Source: an uncultured Actinomycetota bacterium
GTDB lineage: Bacteria; Actinomycetota; Actinomycetes; JAHEKZ01
DNA length: 64,000 nt
Direction: 5' to 3'
Assembly (NCBI GenBank): GCA_963829525.1
Contig: CAWHIJ010000003.1
Location: forward strand, 736,001 to 800,000
The position numbers and the translations under genes are program-made. This document shows, piece by piece, positions 12,061 through 21,414 of this stretch. Every line of letters begins with the position of its first letter. Position 1 is the first letter of the stretch. The notes under the pieces were generated by a model. The model was not told the DNA's origin. It did no database searches and saw only the letters and a program-made list of their open reading frames with translations.

Positions 12061-12310
12061 CGCGGGCTACCTGGCAGATCAGCTAGGCACCGGGGGGTGC
12101 GAATCGGGGGATGGGGCTCTCAATGACCAGATTGGCCTTCGGCGCCCCATCTCCCGTAGACTCCTGTGCTTGTCGGCTTGAAGCCGCTGTTTCGTCGCGC
12201 CCCGCGGCTGGGGCTGGCGCGCGAACTGCGTGGAGGACCGGCGACCAAAGAAGTTCGAAGGAACCGTACCGATCCCCGAGGTGAACGCCCGTGAGGGCGC
12301 GAAAGGAACC

Positions 12311-12532
12311 ATGGCCAAGAAAGAAGGTGCCATCGAGATTGAGGGCACCGTCGTTGAGTCTCTACCCAATGCAATGTTTCGGGTTGAGCTCACCAACGGC
12401 CACAAGGTTCTCGCGCACATCAGCGGCAAGATGCGCCAGCACTACATCCGGATCCTCCCTGAGGACCGGGTAGTGGTGGAGTTGAGCCCGTACGACCTCA
12501 CTCGTGGACGCATCGTCTACCGGTACAAGTAA
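12311..12532 (+). CDS. infA: Translation initiation factor IF-1
   Basis: [12 protein letters not shown]...[21 protein letters not shown]; SD GAAAGGAA before ATG 12311. Confidence 0.99.
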   Translation: MAKKEGAIEIEGTVVESLPNAMFRVELTNGHKVLAHISGKMRQHYIRILPEDRVVVELSPYDLTRGRIVYRYK

Positions 12533-12588
12533 GCCACCCGAACCGAACGCGTTGAGACCCCTAAGACCTCTACCCCGGAGTAGGCACG

Positions 12589-12702
12589 ATGAAGGTTAAC
12601 CCCAGCGTCAAGCCGATCTGTGACAAGTGCAAGGTGATTCGCCGGCACGGTCGCGTGATGGTGATCTGCGAGAACCTGCGGCACAAGCAGCGTCAGGGCT
12701 GA
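12589..12702 (+). CDS. rpmJ: 50S ribosomal protein L36 (absent from ORF track)
   Basis: Manual translation [37 protein letters not shown]. Confidence 0.98.
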   Translation: MKVNPSVKPICDKCKVIRRHGRVMVICENLRHKQRQG

Positions 12703-12912
12703 CCTGACTCCGGCGTTCTAACAACTAAAAGACCAGCACGACCAGTAGTCCCAGCAAGCACATCAGGGCTGCACCCGACCCCTGCGGGATCTGTGCCACG
12801 GCATCGACCCCTGCAGGACGCCACCTCCGGACGAAGGCCGGAGACCGCTCGCCGGCAACGGCAGGCGGACCGGTGCGGCCGATAAGACCTTCGGCAGTGA
12901 AAGAGGAGCAAC

Positions 12913-13290
12913 ATGGCTCGCCTTGTGGGCGTTGACCTCCCGCGTGAAAAGCGCATGGAGATCGCCCTGACGTACATCTACGGCATCGGCCGTACCCGCT
13001 CGAAGGAGACGCTCGTCGCTACTGGCGTCGATCCCAACATGCGCTCTGCAGACCTCACCGACGAGCAGCTGGTCAAGCTGCGCGACTGGATCGAGGAGAA
13101 GTACCAGATCGAGGGTGACCTCCGCCGTGAGGTAGCCGCCGACATCCGCCGCAAGGTCGAGATCGGCAGCTATGAGGGCCTTCGCCACCGCCGCGGACTT
13201 CCCGTTCGTGGGCAGCGCACACACACCAACGCTCGGAGCCGTAAGGGTCCGCGCAAGGCTGTAGCGGGTAAGAAGAAGGTCACCAAGTAG
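12913..13290 (+). CDS. rpsM: 30S ribosomal protein S13
   Basis: [28 protein letters not shown]. Confidence 0.99.
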   Translation: MARLVGVDLPREKRMEIALTYIYGIGRTRSKETLVATGVDPNMRSADLTDEQLVKLRDWIEEKYQIEGDLRREVAADIRRKVEIGSYEGLRHRRGLPVRGQRTHTNARSRKGPRKAVAGKKKVTK

Positions 13291-13362
13291 TAGCCGCACG
13301 TTCCGCAGCCTGCACAGCGGGCGCGCACGATGCGGACCGATCACCTCCAGGAGTAGAAGAAC

Positions 13363-13764
13363 ATGCCCCCTAAGGCAAAGAGCGGCGCCAAGAAGGTGCG
13401 CCGCAAGGAAAAGAAGAACGTCGCCCACGGGCACGCTCACATCAAGAGCACGTTCAACAACACGATCGTGTCGATCACGGACCCCACCGGGGCAGTGATC
13501 TCGTGGGCGTCCGCCGGCCAGGTCGGTTTCAAGGGGTCCCGCAAGTCGACGCCTTACGCCGCCCAGATGGTGGCCGAGGCAGCCGCCCGCCGGGCACAGG
13601 AGCACGGCATGCGCAAGGTTGACGTCTTCGTCAAGGGTCCCGGCTCCGGTCGTGAGACCGCGATTCGCGCCCTGCAGGCAGCCGGCCTTGAGGTCGGGTC
13701 AATCCAGGACGTCACCCCCGTTCCGTTCAACGGTTGCCGGCCGCCCAAGCGTCGCCGCGTCTAA
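13363..13764 (+). CDS. rpsK: 30S ribosomal protein S11
   Basis: [39 protein letters not shown]. Confidence 0.99.
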   Translation: MPPKAKSGAKKVRRKEKKNVAHGHAHIKSTFNNTIVSITDPTGAVISWASAGQVGFKGSRKSTPYAAQMVAEAAARRAQEHGMRKVDVFVKGPGSGRETAIRALQAAGLEVGSIQDVTPVPFNGCRPPKRRRV

Positions 13765-13799
13765 TCCCCCCGAGACTTCGAAGCAGGAGCAGAACTTTC

Positions 13800-14426
13800 A
13801 TGGCCAGGTACACCGGAGCCGACTGCCGCAAGTGCCGTCGCGCAAAGATGAAGCTTTACCTCAAGGGCTCAAAGTGCGACAGCGCCAAGTGCCCCTTTGA
13901 GGCACGCCCGTATCCCCCCGGCCAGCATGGCCGAGGACGCAGCAAGGACAGCGAGTACTTGCTGCAGCTTCGTGAGAAGCAGAAGGCCAAGCAGATGTAC
14001 GGAATCTTCGAACGCCAGTTTCGTGGCTACTACGAAGAGGCGAACCAGAAGAAGGGTAAGACTGGCGACAACCTGCTGCGCATCCTCGAGTCGCGGCTTG
14101 ACAACGTTGTCTACCGTGCAGGGTTCGCCAAGTCGCGCGACATGGGACGCCAGTTGGTGCGCCACGGCCACATCATGGTCAACGGTCGCAAGGTTGACGT
14201 GCCTTCGTTCCGAGTATCTGACACCGACATCGTCGAGGTTCGGCCCAGCTCGGTTGAGCTGACCCCCTTCGTCATTGCGCGTGCCGAGGCTGGCGAACGC
14301 GAGGTGCCGGCGTGGATCGAGGTCATCCCCTCGAAGATGCGCATCTTGGTTCACTCGTTGCCTGTTCGGCAGCAGATCGACTCTCAGCTGCAGGAGCAGC
14401 TGATCGTCGAGCTCTACTCCAAGTAG
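13800..14426 (+). CDS. rpsD: 30S ribosomal protein S4 (Cys-containing Zn-ribbon form)
   Basis: MARYTGADCRKCRR...KCDSAKC, LESRLDNVVYRAGF, LIVELYSK. Confidence 0.98.
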   Translation: MARYTGADCRKCRRAKMKLYLKGSKCDSAKCPFEARPYPPGQHGRGRSKDSEYLLQLREKQKAKQMYGIFERQFRGYYEEANQKKGKTGDNLLRILESRLDNVVYRAGFAKSRDMGRQLVRHGHIMVNGRKVDVPSFRVSDTDIVEVRPSSVELTPFVIARAEAGEREVPAWIEVIPSKMRILVHSLPVRQQIDSQLQEQLIVELYSK

Positions 14427-14474
14427 CAGCTCGACAGCGGGGTTCGGCAGCCGCCGAACCGTGCACCTGTTCGA

Positions 14475-14494
14475 GGCGTCAAATAGTGGGCGCC
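14475..14494 (+). promoter_or_regulatory. Hairpin upstream of rpoA, probable L17-Actino-Proteobacteria-type ribosomal leader
   Basis: GGCGTC-AAATAGTG-GGCGCC stem-loop just before the rpoA SD; family assignment recalled, not searched. Confidence 0.55.
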
Positions 14495-14515
14495 CTGACC
14501 CGGAGGTAGCTACAC

Positions 14516-15532
14516 GTGCTGATTGCACAGCGGCCGTCATTGGCCGAAGAGGTTGTCAACGAGAACCGATCACGATTCATCCTCGAGCCGCTCGAGCCTG
14601 GCTTCGGCTACACGCTCGGCAACTCGCTTCGCCGCACGCTGCTCTCATCGATCCCTGGAGCAGCAGTGACGTCGATTCGTATCGATGGGGTGCTGCACGA
14701 GTTCACGACGGTTCCTGGTGTCAAGGAAGACGTCACCGATCTCGTTCTCAACGTCAAAGAGCTCATCGTGAGCACTGAGCACGACGAGCCGGTTGTGATG
14801 TACCTCCGTAAGCAAGGCCCTGGTGTTGTCACTGCTGCCGACATTGCGCCACCGGCGGGTGTCGAGGTGCACAACCCCGAGCTCTTGCTGGCCACGCTCA
14901 ACGGCAAGGGCAAGCTTGAGATGGAGCTGACGGTCGAGCGCGGGCGGGGCTACGTGCGCGCCGAGCTCAACAAGCAGGCCGGCCAGGAGATCGGCCGTAT
15001 ACCGGTCGACTCGATCTACTCGCCCGTGCTCAAGGTCTCGTACAAGGTCGAGGCGACCCGCGTCGAGCAGCGAACCGACTTCGACCGCCTGGTGATCGAC
15101 GTCGAGACAAAGTCGTCAATGCGTCCGCGTGACGCAGTGGCGTCCGCTGGCAAGACCCTCGTCGAGCTGTTCGGTCTCTTCCGTGAGCTCAATGCGGAGG
15201 TCGAGGGGATCGACATGGGTCCGTCGCCGGCTGATGCGGCACTAGCTGCTGACATGGCCCTGCCCATCGAGGAGCTCGACCTCACCGTGCGGTCGTATAA
15301 CTGCCTCAAGCGTGAGGGCATCCACACGGTGGGTGAGCTCGTAAGTCGTAGCGAGGCCGACCTCATGGACATCCGCAACTTCGGTGCGAAGTCGATCGAC
15401 GAGGTCAAAGCCAAGCTCGTCGGACTCGGTATGGCCCTGAAGGACAGCCCGCCCGGATTCGACCCCTCGGCCATCGTCGACAACTACGACGAAGACGACG
15501 ACGAGGGATACGTCGAGGACGAGCAGCTCTAA
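14516..15532 (+). CDS. rpoA: RNA polymerase alpha subunit
   Basis: [39 protein letters not shown]. Confidence 0.99.
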   Translation: MLIAQRPSLAEEVVNENRSRFILEPLEPGFGYTLGNSLRRTLLSSIPGAAVTSIRIDGVLHEFTTVPGVKEDVTDLVLNVKELIVSTEHDEPVVMYLRKQGPGVVTAADIAPPAGVEVHNPELLLATLNGKGKLEMELTVERGRGYVRAELNKQAGQEIGRIPVDSIYSPVLKVSYKVEATRVEQRTDFDRLVIDVETKSSMRPRDAVASAGKTLVELFGLFRELNAEVEGIDMGPSPADAALAADMALPIEELDLTVRSYNCLKREGIHTVGELVSRSEADLMDIRNFGAKSIDEVKAKLVGLGMALKDSPPGFDPSAIVDNYDEDDDEGYVEDEQL

Positions 15533-15565
15533 CCATCGCCTGACTGAACGCAAGGAGAACGAGAA

Positions 15566-16150
15566 ATGCCAAGCCCCACCAAGGGCCCGCGTCTTGGCGG
15601 CAGTCCGGCGCACGAGCGGCTCATCCTGGCGAACCTCGCCACCGCGCTCTTCGAGCACGGCCGAATCACCACGACCGAAGCCAAAGCCAAGCGGGTTCGC
15701 CCACTGGCCGAGCGACTGATCACCTTCGCCAAGCGGGGTGACCTCGCCTCGCGGCGTCGGGTGATGACAGTCATCGGCGACAAGGGTGTGGTGCACATGC
15801 TCTTTGCCGAAATCGCACCTCAGTACGACAACCGTGCAGGTGGCTACACCCGAATCACCAAGATCGGTCCGCGAAAGGGCGACAACGCCCCGATGGCGGT
15901 CATCGAGCTGGTGGAGCGGCTGGACGAGAGCAAACGCAAGACACGTGCCAGCAAACCCAAGAAGGAAGCAGCGGCAGCTCCGGCTGCGGTCGAGGAGACC
16001 GTGACCGAGGAGACCGCTGACGAGACCGCAACTGAGTCTGCCGACGAGGCGACTGAGCCGGTGGAATCTTCCGAGGGGGTGTCGGCCGATGAGGCTGCCA
16101 CCGACGAGTCGGCGTCAGCTGACGAGGCTGACGGTTCCAAGGAGTCCTGA
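15566..16150 (+). CDS. rplQ: 50S ribosomal protein L17 with acidic C-terminal extension
   Basis: [36 protein letters not shown]. Confidence 0.98.
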   Translation: MPSPTKGPRLGGSPAHERLILANLATALFEHGRITTTEAKAKRVRPLAERLITFAKRGDLASRRRVMTVIGDKGVVHMLFAEIAPQYDNRAGGYTRITKIGPRKGDNAPMAVIELVERLDESKRKTRASKPKKEAAAAPAAVEETVTEETADETATESADEATEPVESSEGVSADEAATDESASADEADGSKES

Positions 16151-16167
16151 CGACTCCCGCGACTGAA

Positions 16168-16203
16168 CACGAGCCCGTTCCCCCTGAGGGGAGCGGGCTC
16201 GTG
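16168..16203 (+). terminator. Hairpin after rplQ overlapping the truA SD and start codon
   Basis: CACGAGCCCGTTCCCC-ctga-GGGGAGCGGGCTCGTG 16-bp stem (one G-U). Confidence 0.7.
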
Positions 16204-17004
16204 CGTTTGCGCCTTGATCTCGGTTACGACGGCTCGGGCTTTTCGGGATGGGCCAAGCAACCTGGGCGTAGGACGGTGGAAGGAGTGCTCGACGAGGCGC
16301 TCGCCGTCGTCCTTCGGCTGGACGCCGCGCCTGGACTGACGGTCGCCGGGCGCACCGATGCCGGCGTCCACGCTCGGGGCCAGGTTGCGCACAGCGACGT
16401 CCCCGCCGATGCGTGGGCCGCGAACGGTGAGCGTGCGTTGTTCAGACTTTCGGGTGTGCTGCCGGTCGACGTCCGCGTGTGGCGGGTTGCAAGAGCACCG
16501 CAAGGCTTCAACGCCCGCTTCAGCGCGACCTCGCGCCGCTACGCCTTCCGCATCTGCGACAACCCAGTGGGTGGCGACCCGATCCGGCGCTCAGACGTGG
16601 TGTGGAACCGTCGTCCGCTCAGCGTTGATGCGATGAACGCAGCTGCTGCCCAGCTCGTGGGCGAGCACGACTTCGTGGCCTTCTGCAAGAAGCGCGAGGG
16701 CGCGAGCACTGTGCGTACATTACGGGTCTTTGAGTGGCGCCGGCTCGATGATGGGGTGCTGGAGGCAACGGTTCAGGCTGACGCCTTCTGTCACAACATG
16801 GTGCGCTCACTGGTGGGTGCCTGCGTCGCGGTGGGGGAGGGCCGGAGTCCGGCGTCCTGGGTCGGCGATGTTCTTCGCGAGAGTCAGCGATCCTCGGCGG
16901 TCTTGGTGATGCCCCCGCGCGGCCTAACTCTCGAGGAAGTCACCTACCCAACGGACGCGGAGTTGGCAGCTCAGGCGTTAGCCTCCCGTCGATACCGTGG
17001 CTGA
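16201..17004 (+). CDS. truA: tRNA pseudouridine(38-40) synthase
   Basis: YDGSGFSGWAKQP, AGRTDAGVHARGQ, AFCHNMVRSLVG. Confidence 0.97.
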   Translation: MRLRLDLGYDGSGFSGWAKQPGRRTVEGVLDEALAVVLRLDAAPGLTVAGRTDAGVHARGQVAHSDVPADAWAANGERALFRLSGVLPVDVRVWRVARAPQGFNARFSATSRRYAFRICDNPVGGDPIRRSDVVWNRRPLSVDAMNAAAAQLVGEHDFVAFCKKREGASTVRTLRVFEWRRLDDGVLEATVQADAFCHNMVRSLVGACVAVGEGRSPASWVGDVLRESQRSSAVLVMPPRGLTLEEVTYPTDAELAAQALASRRYRG

Positions 17005-17015
17005 CTCTCGCAGAG

Positions 17016-17055
17016 TGTTGCGGGAAGTGGCGTCATAACACCACTTCCCGCAACA
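17016..17055. terminator. Perfect 15-bp inverted repeat between convergent genes (bidirectional terminator or REP-like element)
   Basis: TGTTGCGGGAAGTGG-N10-CCACTTCCCGCAACA. Confidence 0.7.
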
Positions 17056-17085
17056 ACCCGAAGCGTCCCCCGATGTTGACTGGGT

Positions 17086-17700
17086 TCAGCCGATGAGCTC
17101 GTCGGCGATGTCGCAGAAGTCGACTTCAAACGTCTGCCAGTGACCCGATGTCCTGATGAACTCGTCGGAGATGAACTCCCCGCCTGGCGCGCCATCGCCT
17201 CCGGTGTCGAAGACATAGGACCACACGAGGTTTCCGGCACTTCGGTAGCGCACCTTGCCCGATGAGTCGCGAATCGTGTCCCAGACGCCGCTCTCCTTGG
17301 TCTGGTAGGTGACTACCGAGTCACTCCCAGCGACAAGTGTTGCTGGCATCTCCCGCCAGTTCGTGTGCCACTCCTCGGTAAAGTACGCCCCGGTCTTTGA
17401 GTTGGTGAACGTTCCTTCGTAGGCGATTCGTTGATGCAATCTGAAGTACTGCCCACCGGTCTTCTTCGTGCCCTTGCTGGTGGTGTAGTTGCCAAAGGCG
17501 TGCGAGTCTTCCCTGATTTGGTATCCGCAGTCATCGAAGGTGATCGAGTCGGTGAAGTCGAAGCTTCCTGAGTCGATCGGCGCTGCGCTGGCTGGTGGTG
17601 CCGCAATCCCAACAGCGGCCGTGCTGGCAAAGACCGCAAGGAGCGCCAACCAGGTTGTTCGCGTACCGATGACTCGGGCGGTGTGGTGGTTAGTGTGCAT
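17086..17700 (-). CDS. Hypothetical secreted protein
   Basis: Signal peptide ending PPASA/AP; beta-rich mature region with two Cys; SD-like GGGAAG upstream. Confidence 0.75.
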   Translation of the reverse strand: MHTNHHTARVIGTRTTWLALLAVFASTAAVGIAAPPASAAPIDSGSFDFTDSITFDDCGYQIREDSHAFGNYTTSKGTKKTGGQYFRLHQRIAYEGTFTNSKTGAYFTEEWHTNWREMPATLVAGSDSVVTYQTKESGVWDTIRDSSGKVRYRSAGNLVWSYVFDTGGDGAPGGEFISDEFIRTSGHWQTFEVDFCDIADELIG

Positions 17701-17734
17701 TGGGCTTCTTCCCTAACTAGTAGGACGCGTTGCG

Positions 17735-18508
17735 TTAGCGCGCGTTTGAGTGGTGGATCGACTGCAGTAGCTCGCTGAGTGCATCAAGGGTCTGCTGATC
17801 GTCGGCGACGGAAGAGGTCGCCGCGAAGGCGATCGGTCTAGAACCCTCGAGGCTTACCTCCGCGAAGCGGAACAGGGCATCGTGACGAGTAATGGCGAGC
17901 GGTGCGCCGCGACCGATGCCGGCAAGCGGGAGGATGGGCACCGAGCTTTGATCGGACCTGCCCCCTGCCAGCGAAAGGTCGATCGTGTTGCCGCTCCAGG
18001 GACGGATCCCCCTTGGGTCTTCGTATTGGTAGATGCCCTGTCGATCAGCGGACTGGATTGCCGGGTGCTTAAGCAACCAGAGGAGCAGATCCCCTTGAAT
18101 TGGAGTGCGGTCGTACCCACGCGGTTCGTACACCTCGTAGGGGATGGTGATGACTAGCCGCGCATCGGATCCATCCTGCGGTGTTAGCTCAACGTAGCGG
18201 CCGTCGTGTGCGATGTCCCAGCCAGCAGGTACGCGCATCGTGGCCGGCCCTGGAAGATCTACGCCGATCGTTGCCGATTTCGGTTGGCTGGCGGGAGGTG
18301 CTGGAGTATCGGACTGCATCGGCCCACCGGCGATGATCCAGCCGACCATGGCCACGACCGCCACTGCAGCGAGCACCAGCGAAGGTCGCACCAGACCGTT
18401 TCTCCGTCCGCCCGCCAGCACATGGTCGAAGGCCTGGTCGACATCAAGCAGAGCCACCTCTGATCTGAGGTCATCCATGGCGCGACGCGCGTGGAGGTCG
18501 ACTGACAT
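17735..18508 (-). CDS. Single-pass membrane protein, probable anti-sigma factor
   Basis: Short cytoplasmic N-terminus, one TM helix, Pro-rich linker, extracellular domain; TGATG-coupled to the upstream ECF sigma. Confidence 0.65.
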   Translation of the reverse strand: MSVDLHARRAMDDLRSEVALLDVDQAFDHVLAGGRRNGLVRPSLVLAAVAVVAMVGWIIAGGPMQSDTPAPPASQPKSATIGVDLPGPATMRVPAGWDIAHDGRYVELTPQDGSDARLVITIPYEVYEPRGYDRTPIQGDLLLWLLKHPAIQSADRQGIYQYEDPRGIRPWSGNTIDLSLAGGRSDQSSVPILPLAGIGRGAPLAITRHDALFRFAEVSLEGSRPIAFAATSSVADDQQTLDALSELLQSIHHSNAR

Positions 18509-19097
18509 CAGGCGTCATCTCCTTCATCGACGTCGAGTCCGAGCCGGGCCGCGAGCACCTGTCGTCCACGGGACAGGTGGGTCTTGGCGGTTCCGGGGAT
18601 ATCCCAAGCGTCATGGCAAGGTCTGCCACGCTCATGTCGTAGCCGTAGAACAACGCAACGACCTGTGCTTGGCGTCTGGGCAGACGGCGTACTTCTGACC
18701 AGAAGACCTCGTTCTCGGCATCTAACGCCGGGGCACTCCCCTGTGGTGTCCCAATGCGTAGTAGAGCCCGAGTCTCGGCCATCTTTCTTCGCACCCACGA
18801 GACCGAGAGGTTGGAGCAAGACCGTCGGACGTAGGCAGCCGGGTTTTCGATCGACTCACCGCGTTCGAGCCTACGGTGGAGGCTCAGCAGTGCCTCTTGT
18901 GCCATGTCCTCCGCAGTTTCGCGTGAACCAGTGAGCCCCCAAGCGATCGCCACCAACCCGCGGTACTCGGCCCGAAAGACAGCCGAAAACGACACCACCC
19001 CAGGGAGATGCTCGACCTGACCCTCGATGATGTGTGGTGCGTCGTCGGTAGTACCCACACCACGCCCTTCCGTCTGGGGCTCACCGGTCAAGGTCAC
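18508..19097 (-). CDS. ECF sigma factor (SigE-like), one frameshift near 18595
   Basis: AEDMAQEALL, AYVRR, RLPRRQAQVVALFY...LGISP then GTAKTHLSRGR in the adjacent frame; start GTG 19097 inferred. Confidence 0.85.
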
Positions 19098-19103
19098 ACC
19101 ATG

Positions 19104-19133
19104 TAGTCGTCTGGACCTGATTCTTTGGTTGAC
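19104..19133 (-). promoter_or_regulatory. Candidate ECF autoregulatory promoter
   Basis: Minus strand GTCAACC-N17-CGACTA, 6 nt before in-frame GTG 19097. Confidence 0.55.
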
Positions 19134-19339
19134 ACGGCTCCGGAGGAGTTTTCGGGGGATGCCAGCTACTGGCTCCGCTGAGTATCTCCCCTCCACGAGC
19201 AGCCGAGTGGGGCAGAGGTGGGCAACCGAACGCGTACTGGCGCCCGTGGCTTCAGCTTGCGCGGTGACCGCCGCCGGAGGCGTCCTCTCATTCACTGCGC
19301 TCTAAGGGCCAGCTCTCGCTGGGGGTGCAGGTCTGATGT

Positions 19340-20254
19340 CTATGCGCAGACGGCCTTCGAAAGCCCCTTGACGCTGATACCGGCGGTGGAGGTGGCGCCG
19401 CCGACCTGCACCACCAGCGTCAGTCGGTCACTGTCGGTCGCAGGTGGACACGGGTCAACGGGCTCAAGCTGGATCTCTGATGACCCCCCTGGTGGGACTG
19501 AAGCAACGCAAGACGCGTCGCAGTCAGGGTTCGGGACGAGCGCCGCGACCCCCGATGCCGAACCGATCGCTTTGACGATGAGCGTCTGGGGGCCGAGCCA
19601 AGTAAGGCGCACGCGTAGAGAATTCCCCTCAAGCACTTTGCCAGAAAGGTCAGGGAGCGGTTTGGCCGCCGGTCTGCTCTTTGGGCAGATGGCGTAGGCA
19701 GTGTGCAGCGGGCCGTCCAGTCGTAGGTAGCTGCGAGTGGCATTTGGAAAATCCGTTGGTGAGGGCCACTGGACAGGAATCACATCAGGACAATCGGTAA
19801 GGCGATAGCGACTGCGCACCGTCAGCGTTCCGCTGGCGTTGATGGAGATGGGTCCCTCGAACGAGGTGGATCGCCCATCCGGTGTGATGACTGATGTGTC
19901 AACCAGCTCCAGCCCAAGGGGGGTCAGCTCACTCGGGACTGCGCGGGCTCTGTCACCTTCGATGACGGACGAGACCTCATCGACGACGATCATATCGCCA
20001 GTAACGGTGACAGTGCTGGTGCTCTCGACTGTTGCAGCGGACTCGCTGGCGTTGCCATCTCGGGCGCTTGACGAGATCGACGGCTGGACCGACGGGGTCT
20101 GATCACGTGGCGATGGGTCGCCTGGCCACACGAACATCGCGGCGGCAAAGACCCCGACGGTCAGCATTGCCACCAGGGAGATCAGGAGTCCCAAGTGCCA
20201 GCGCGGGCGCGGCGGGACCGGCGAGCGGTGTCGACCTGACGGGGCGTGGGACAC
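19340..20254 (-). CDS. Hypothetical membrane-anchored extracellular protein
   Basis: N-terminal TM helix, Ser/Thr/Pro linker, six Cys; GTG 20254 lies 6 nt after CAGACT. Confidence 0.65.
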   Translation of the reverse strand: MSHAPSGRHRSPVPPRPRWHLGLLISLVAMLTVGVFAAAMFVWPGDPSPRDQTPSVQPSISSSARDGNASESAATVESTSTVTVTGDMIVVDEVSSVIEGDRARAVPSELTPLGLELVDTSVITPDGRSTSFEGPISINASGTLTVRSRYRLTDCPDVIPVQWPSPTDFPNATRSYLRLDGPLHTAYAICPKSRPAAKPLPDLSGKVLEGNSLRVRLTWLGPQTLIVKAIGSASGVAALVPNPDCDASCVASVPPGGSSEIQLEPVDPCPPATDSDRLTLVVQVGGATSTAGISVKGLSKAVCA

Positions 20255-20363
20255 GGCGACAGTCTGCCGAGTCAAAGGCGCAGGCGGTGACACCGGCACG
20301 CACTCGACGCGCCAGGGGCCCACCAGGCACGCACTCGGTGAGCCGGTGGGGCACACTCCAGGG

Positions 20364-21296
20364 ATGCGACTCGTGGTGGCTCTTGGCGGTAATGCTCTTC
20401 TGAGGCGTGGCCAACCGATGACCCTGGAGAACCAGCGCGTCAACGTCCGAGTCGCCGCCGAGGCGCTGGCGCCGGTCGCGATGGAGCATGAGCTGGTCAT
20501 CACCCATGGCAACGGGCCACAGGTGGGGCTGCTCGCGCTCCAGGGCGCGGCCTACCACCCGGACGAGGCGTTCCCGCTCGACGTCCTGGGCGCCGAGACC
20601 GAAGGGTTGATCGGCTACCTGATCGAGCAAGAGCTTGGCAACCTGCTGCCGTTCGAGAAGCCCCTTGCCACGTTGCTGACGATGGTCGAGGTCGATCCGA
20701 GCGACCCGGCTTTCGCGGATCCGACGAAGTTCGTAGGGCCGGTCTACGAGAAGCAGGACGCCGATGCGCTCGTTGCTGCAAAGGGCTGGCACTTCAAGAT
20801 GGACGGCGAGGTGTGGCGCCGTGTCGTTCCGTCACCGCGTCCGAAACAGATCTTCGAACTGCGGCCTGTGCGCTGGCTGCTGGAACAGGGCGCCGTCGTC
20901 ATCGCGGCGGGTGGCGGAGGAATACCCACCATGTACCTACCTGGCACGCGCACGCTGGTGGGAGTCGAGGCGGTTGTCGACAAGGATCTCGCGAGCGCAC
21001 TGATGGCTCAGCTGATCGATGCCGACGAGTTCGTCGTCGCTACCGACGCCGACGCGGTCTATGTCGACTGGGGAACCGATCATCAGCGGGCGTTGGCGCG
21101 CGTCAGCCCCGATGCTCTGGCGCAGATGAACTTTCCGGACGGATCAATGGGCCCCAAGGTCGGTGCCGCGTGCGACTTCGTGCTGACGACCAAGCGTCCG
21201 GCCCGAATCGGTGACCTGGCGGCTCTGCCCGCCGTCCTCGGTGGTGCCGCTGGCACCGTGATCGTCCACGGTGAGGGCATCGTCGAGTACCGCTGA
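20364..21296 (+). CDS. arcC: Carbamate kinase
   Basis: [55 protein letters not shown]. Confidence 0.96.
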   Translation: MRLVVALGGNALLRRGQPMTLENQRVNVRVAAEALAPVAMEHELVITHGNGPQVGLLALQGAAYHPDEAFPLDVLGAETEGLIGYLIEQELGNLLPFEKPLATLLTMVEVDPSDPAFADPTKFVGPVYEKQDADALVAAKGWHFKMDGEVWRRVVPSPRPKQIFELRPVRWLLEQGAVVIAAGGGGIPTMYLPGTRTLVGVEAVVDKDLASALMAQLIDADEFVVATDADAVYVDWGTDHQRALARVSPDALAQMNFPDGSMGPKVGAACDFVLTTKRPARIGDLAALPAVLGGAAGTVIVHGEGIVEYR

Positions 21297-21297
21297 G

Positions 21298-21367
21298 CTC
21301 ACCCCTCAGGATTGGGGGTGTTCCCTGACGCATGGCCTGGTGGGGTATCACAATGCTGAGGGGTGAG
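21298..21367. repeat. 17-bp inverted repeat (1 mismatch) between arcC and ABC-F
   Basis: CTCACCCCTCAGGATTG ... CAATGCTGAGGGGTGAG. Confidence 0.75.
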
Positions 21368-21414
21368 GGAATTCGTTGGCCCGTCGAGTGCCCGATAGGT
21401 GAGACTGTCTGCTC

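Noticed and set aside
15960-16150. Acidic low-complexity tail of L17 (and similar extensions of S3 and S9)
   Set aside because: Common in actinobacterial ribosomal proteins.
17712-17724. Short palindrome CCTA-ACTAG-TAGG before the secreted protein gene
   Set aside because: Too short to distinguish from chance without comparative data.
19098-19295. Long N-terminal extension of the ECF sigma in the ORF track
   Set aside because: Contains the candidate ECF promoter and has no sigma-like sequence; treated as intergenic.
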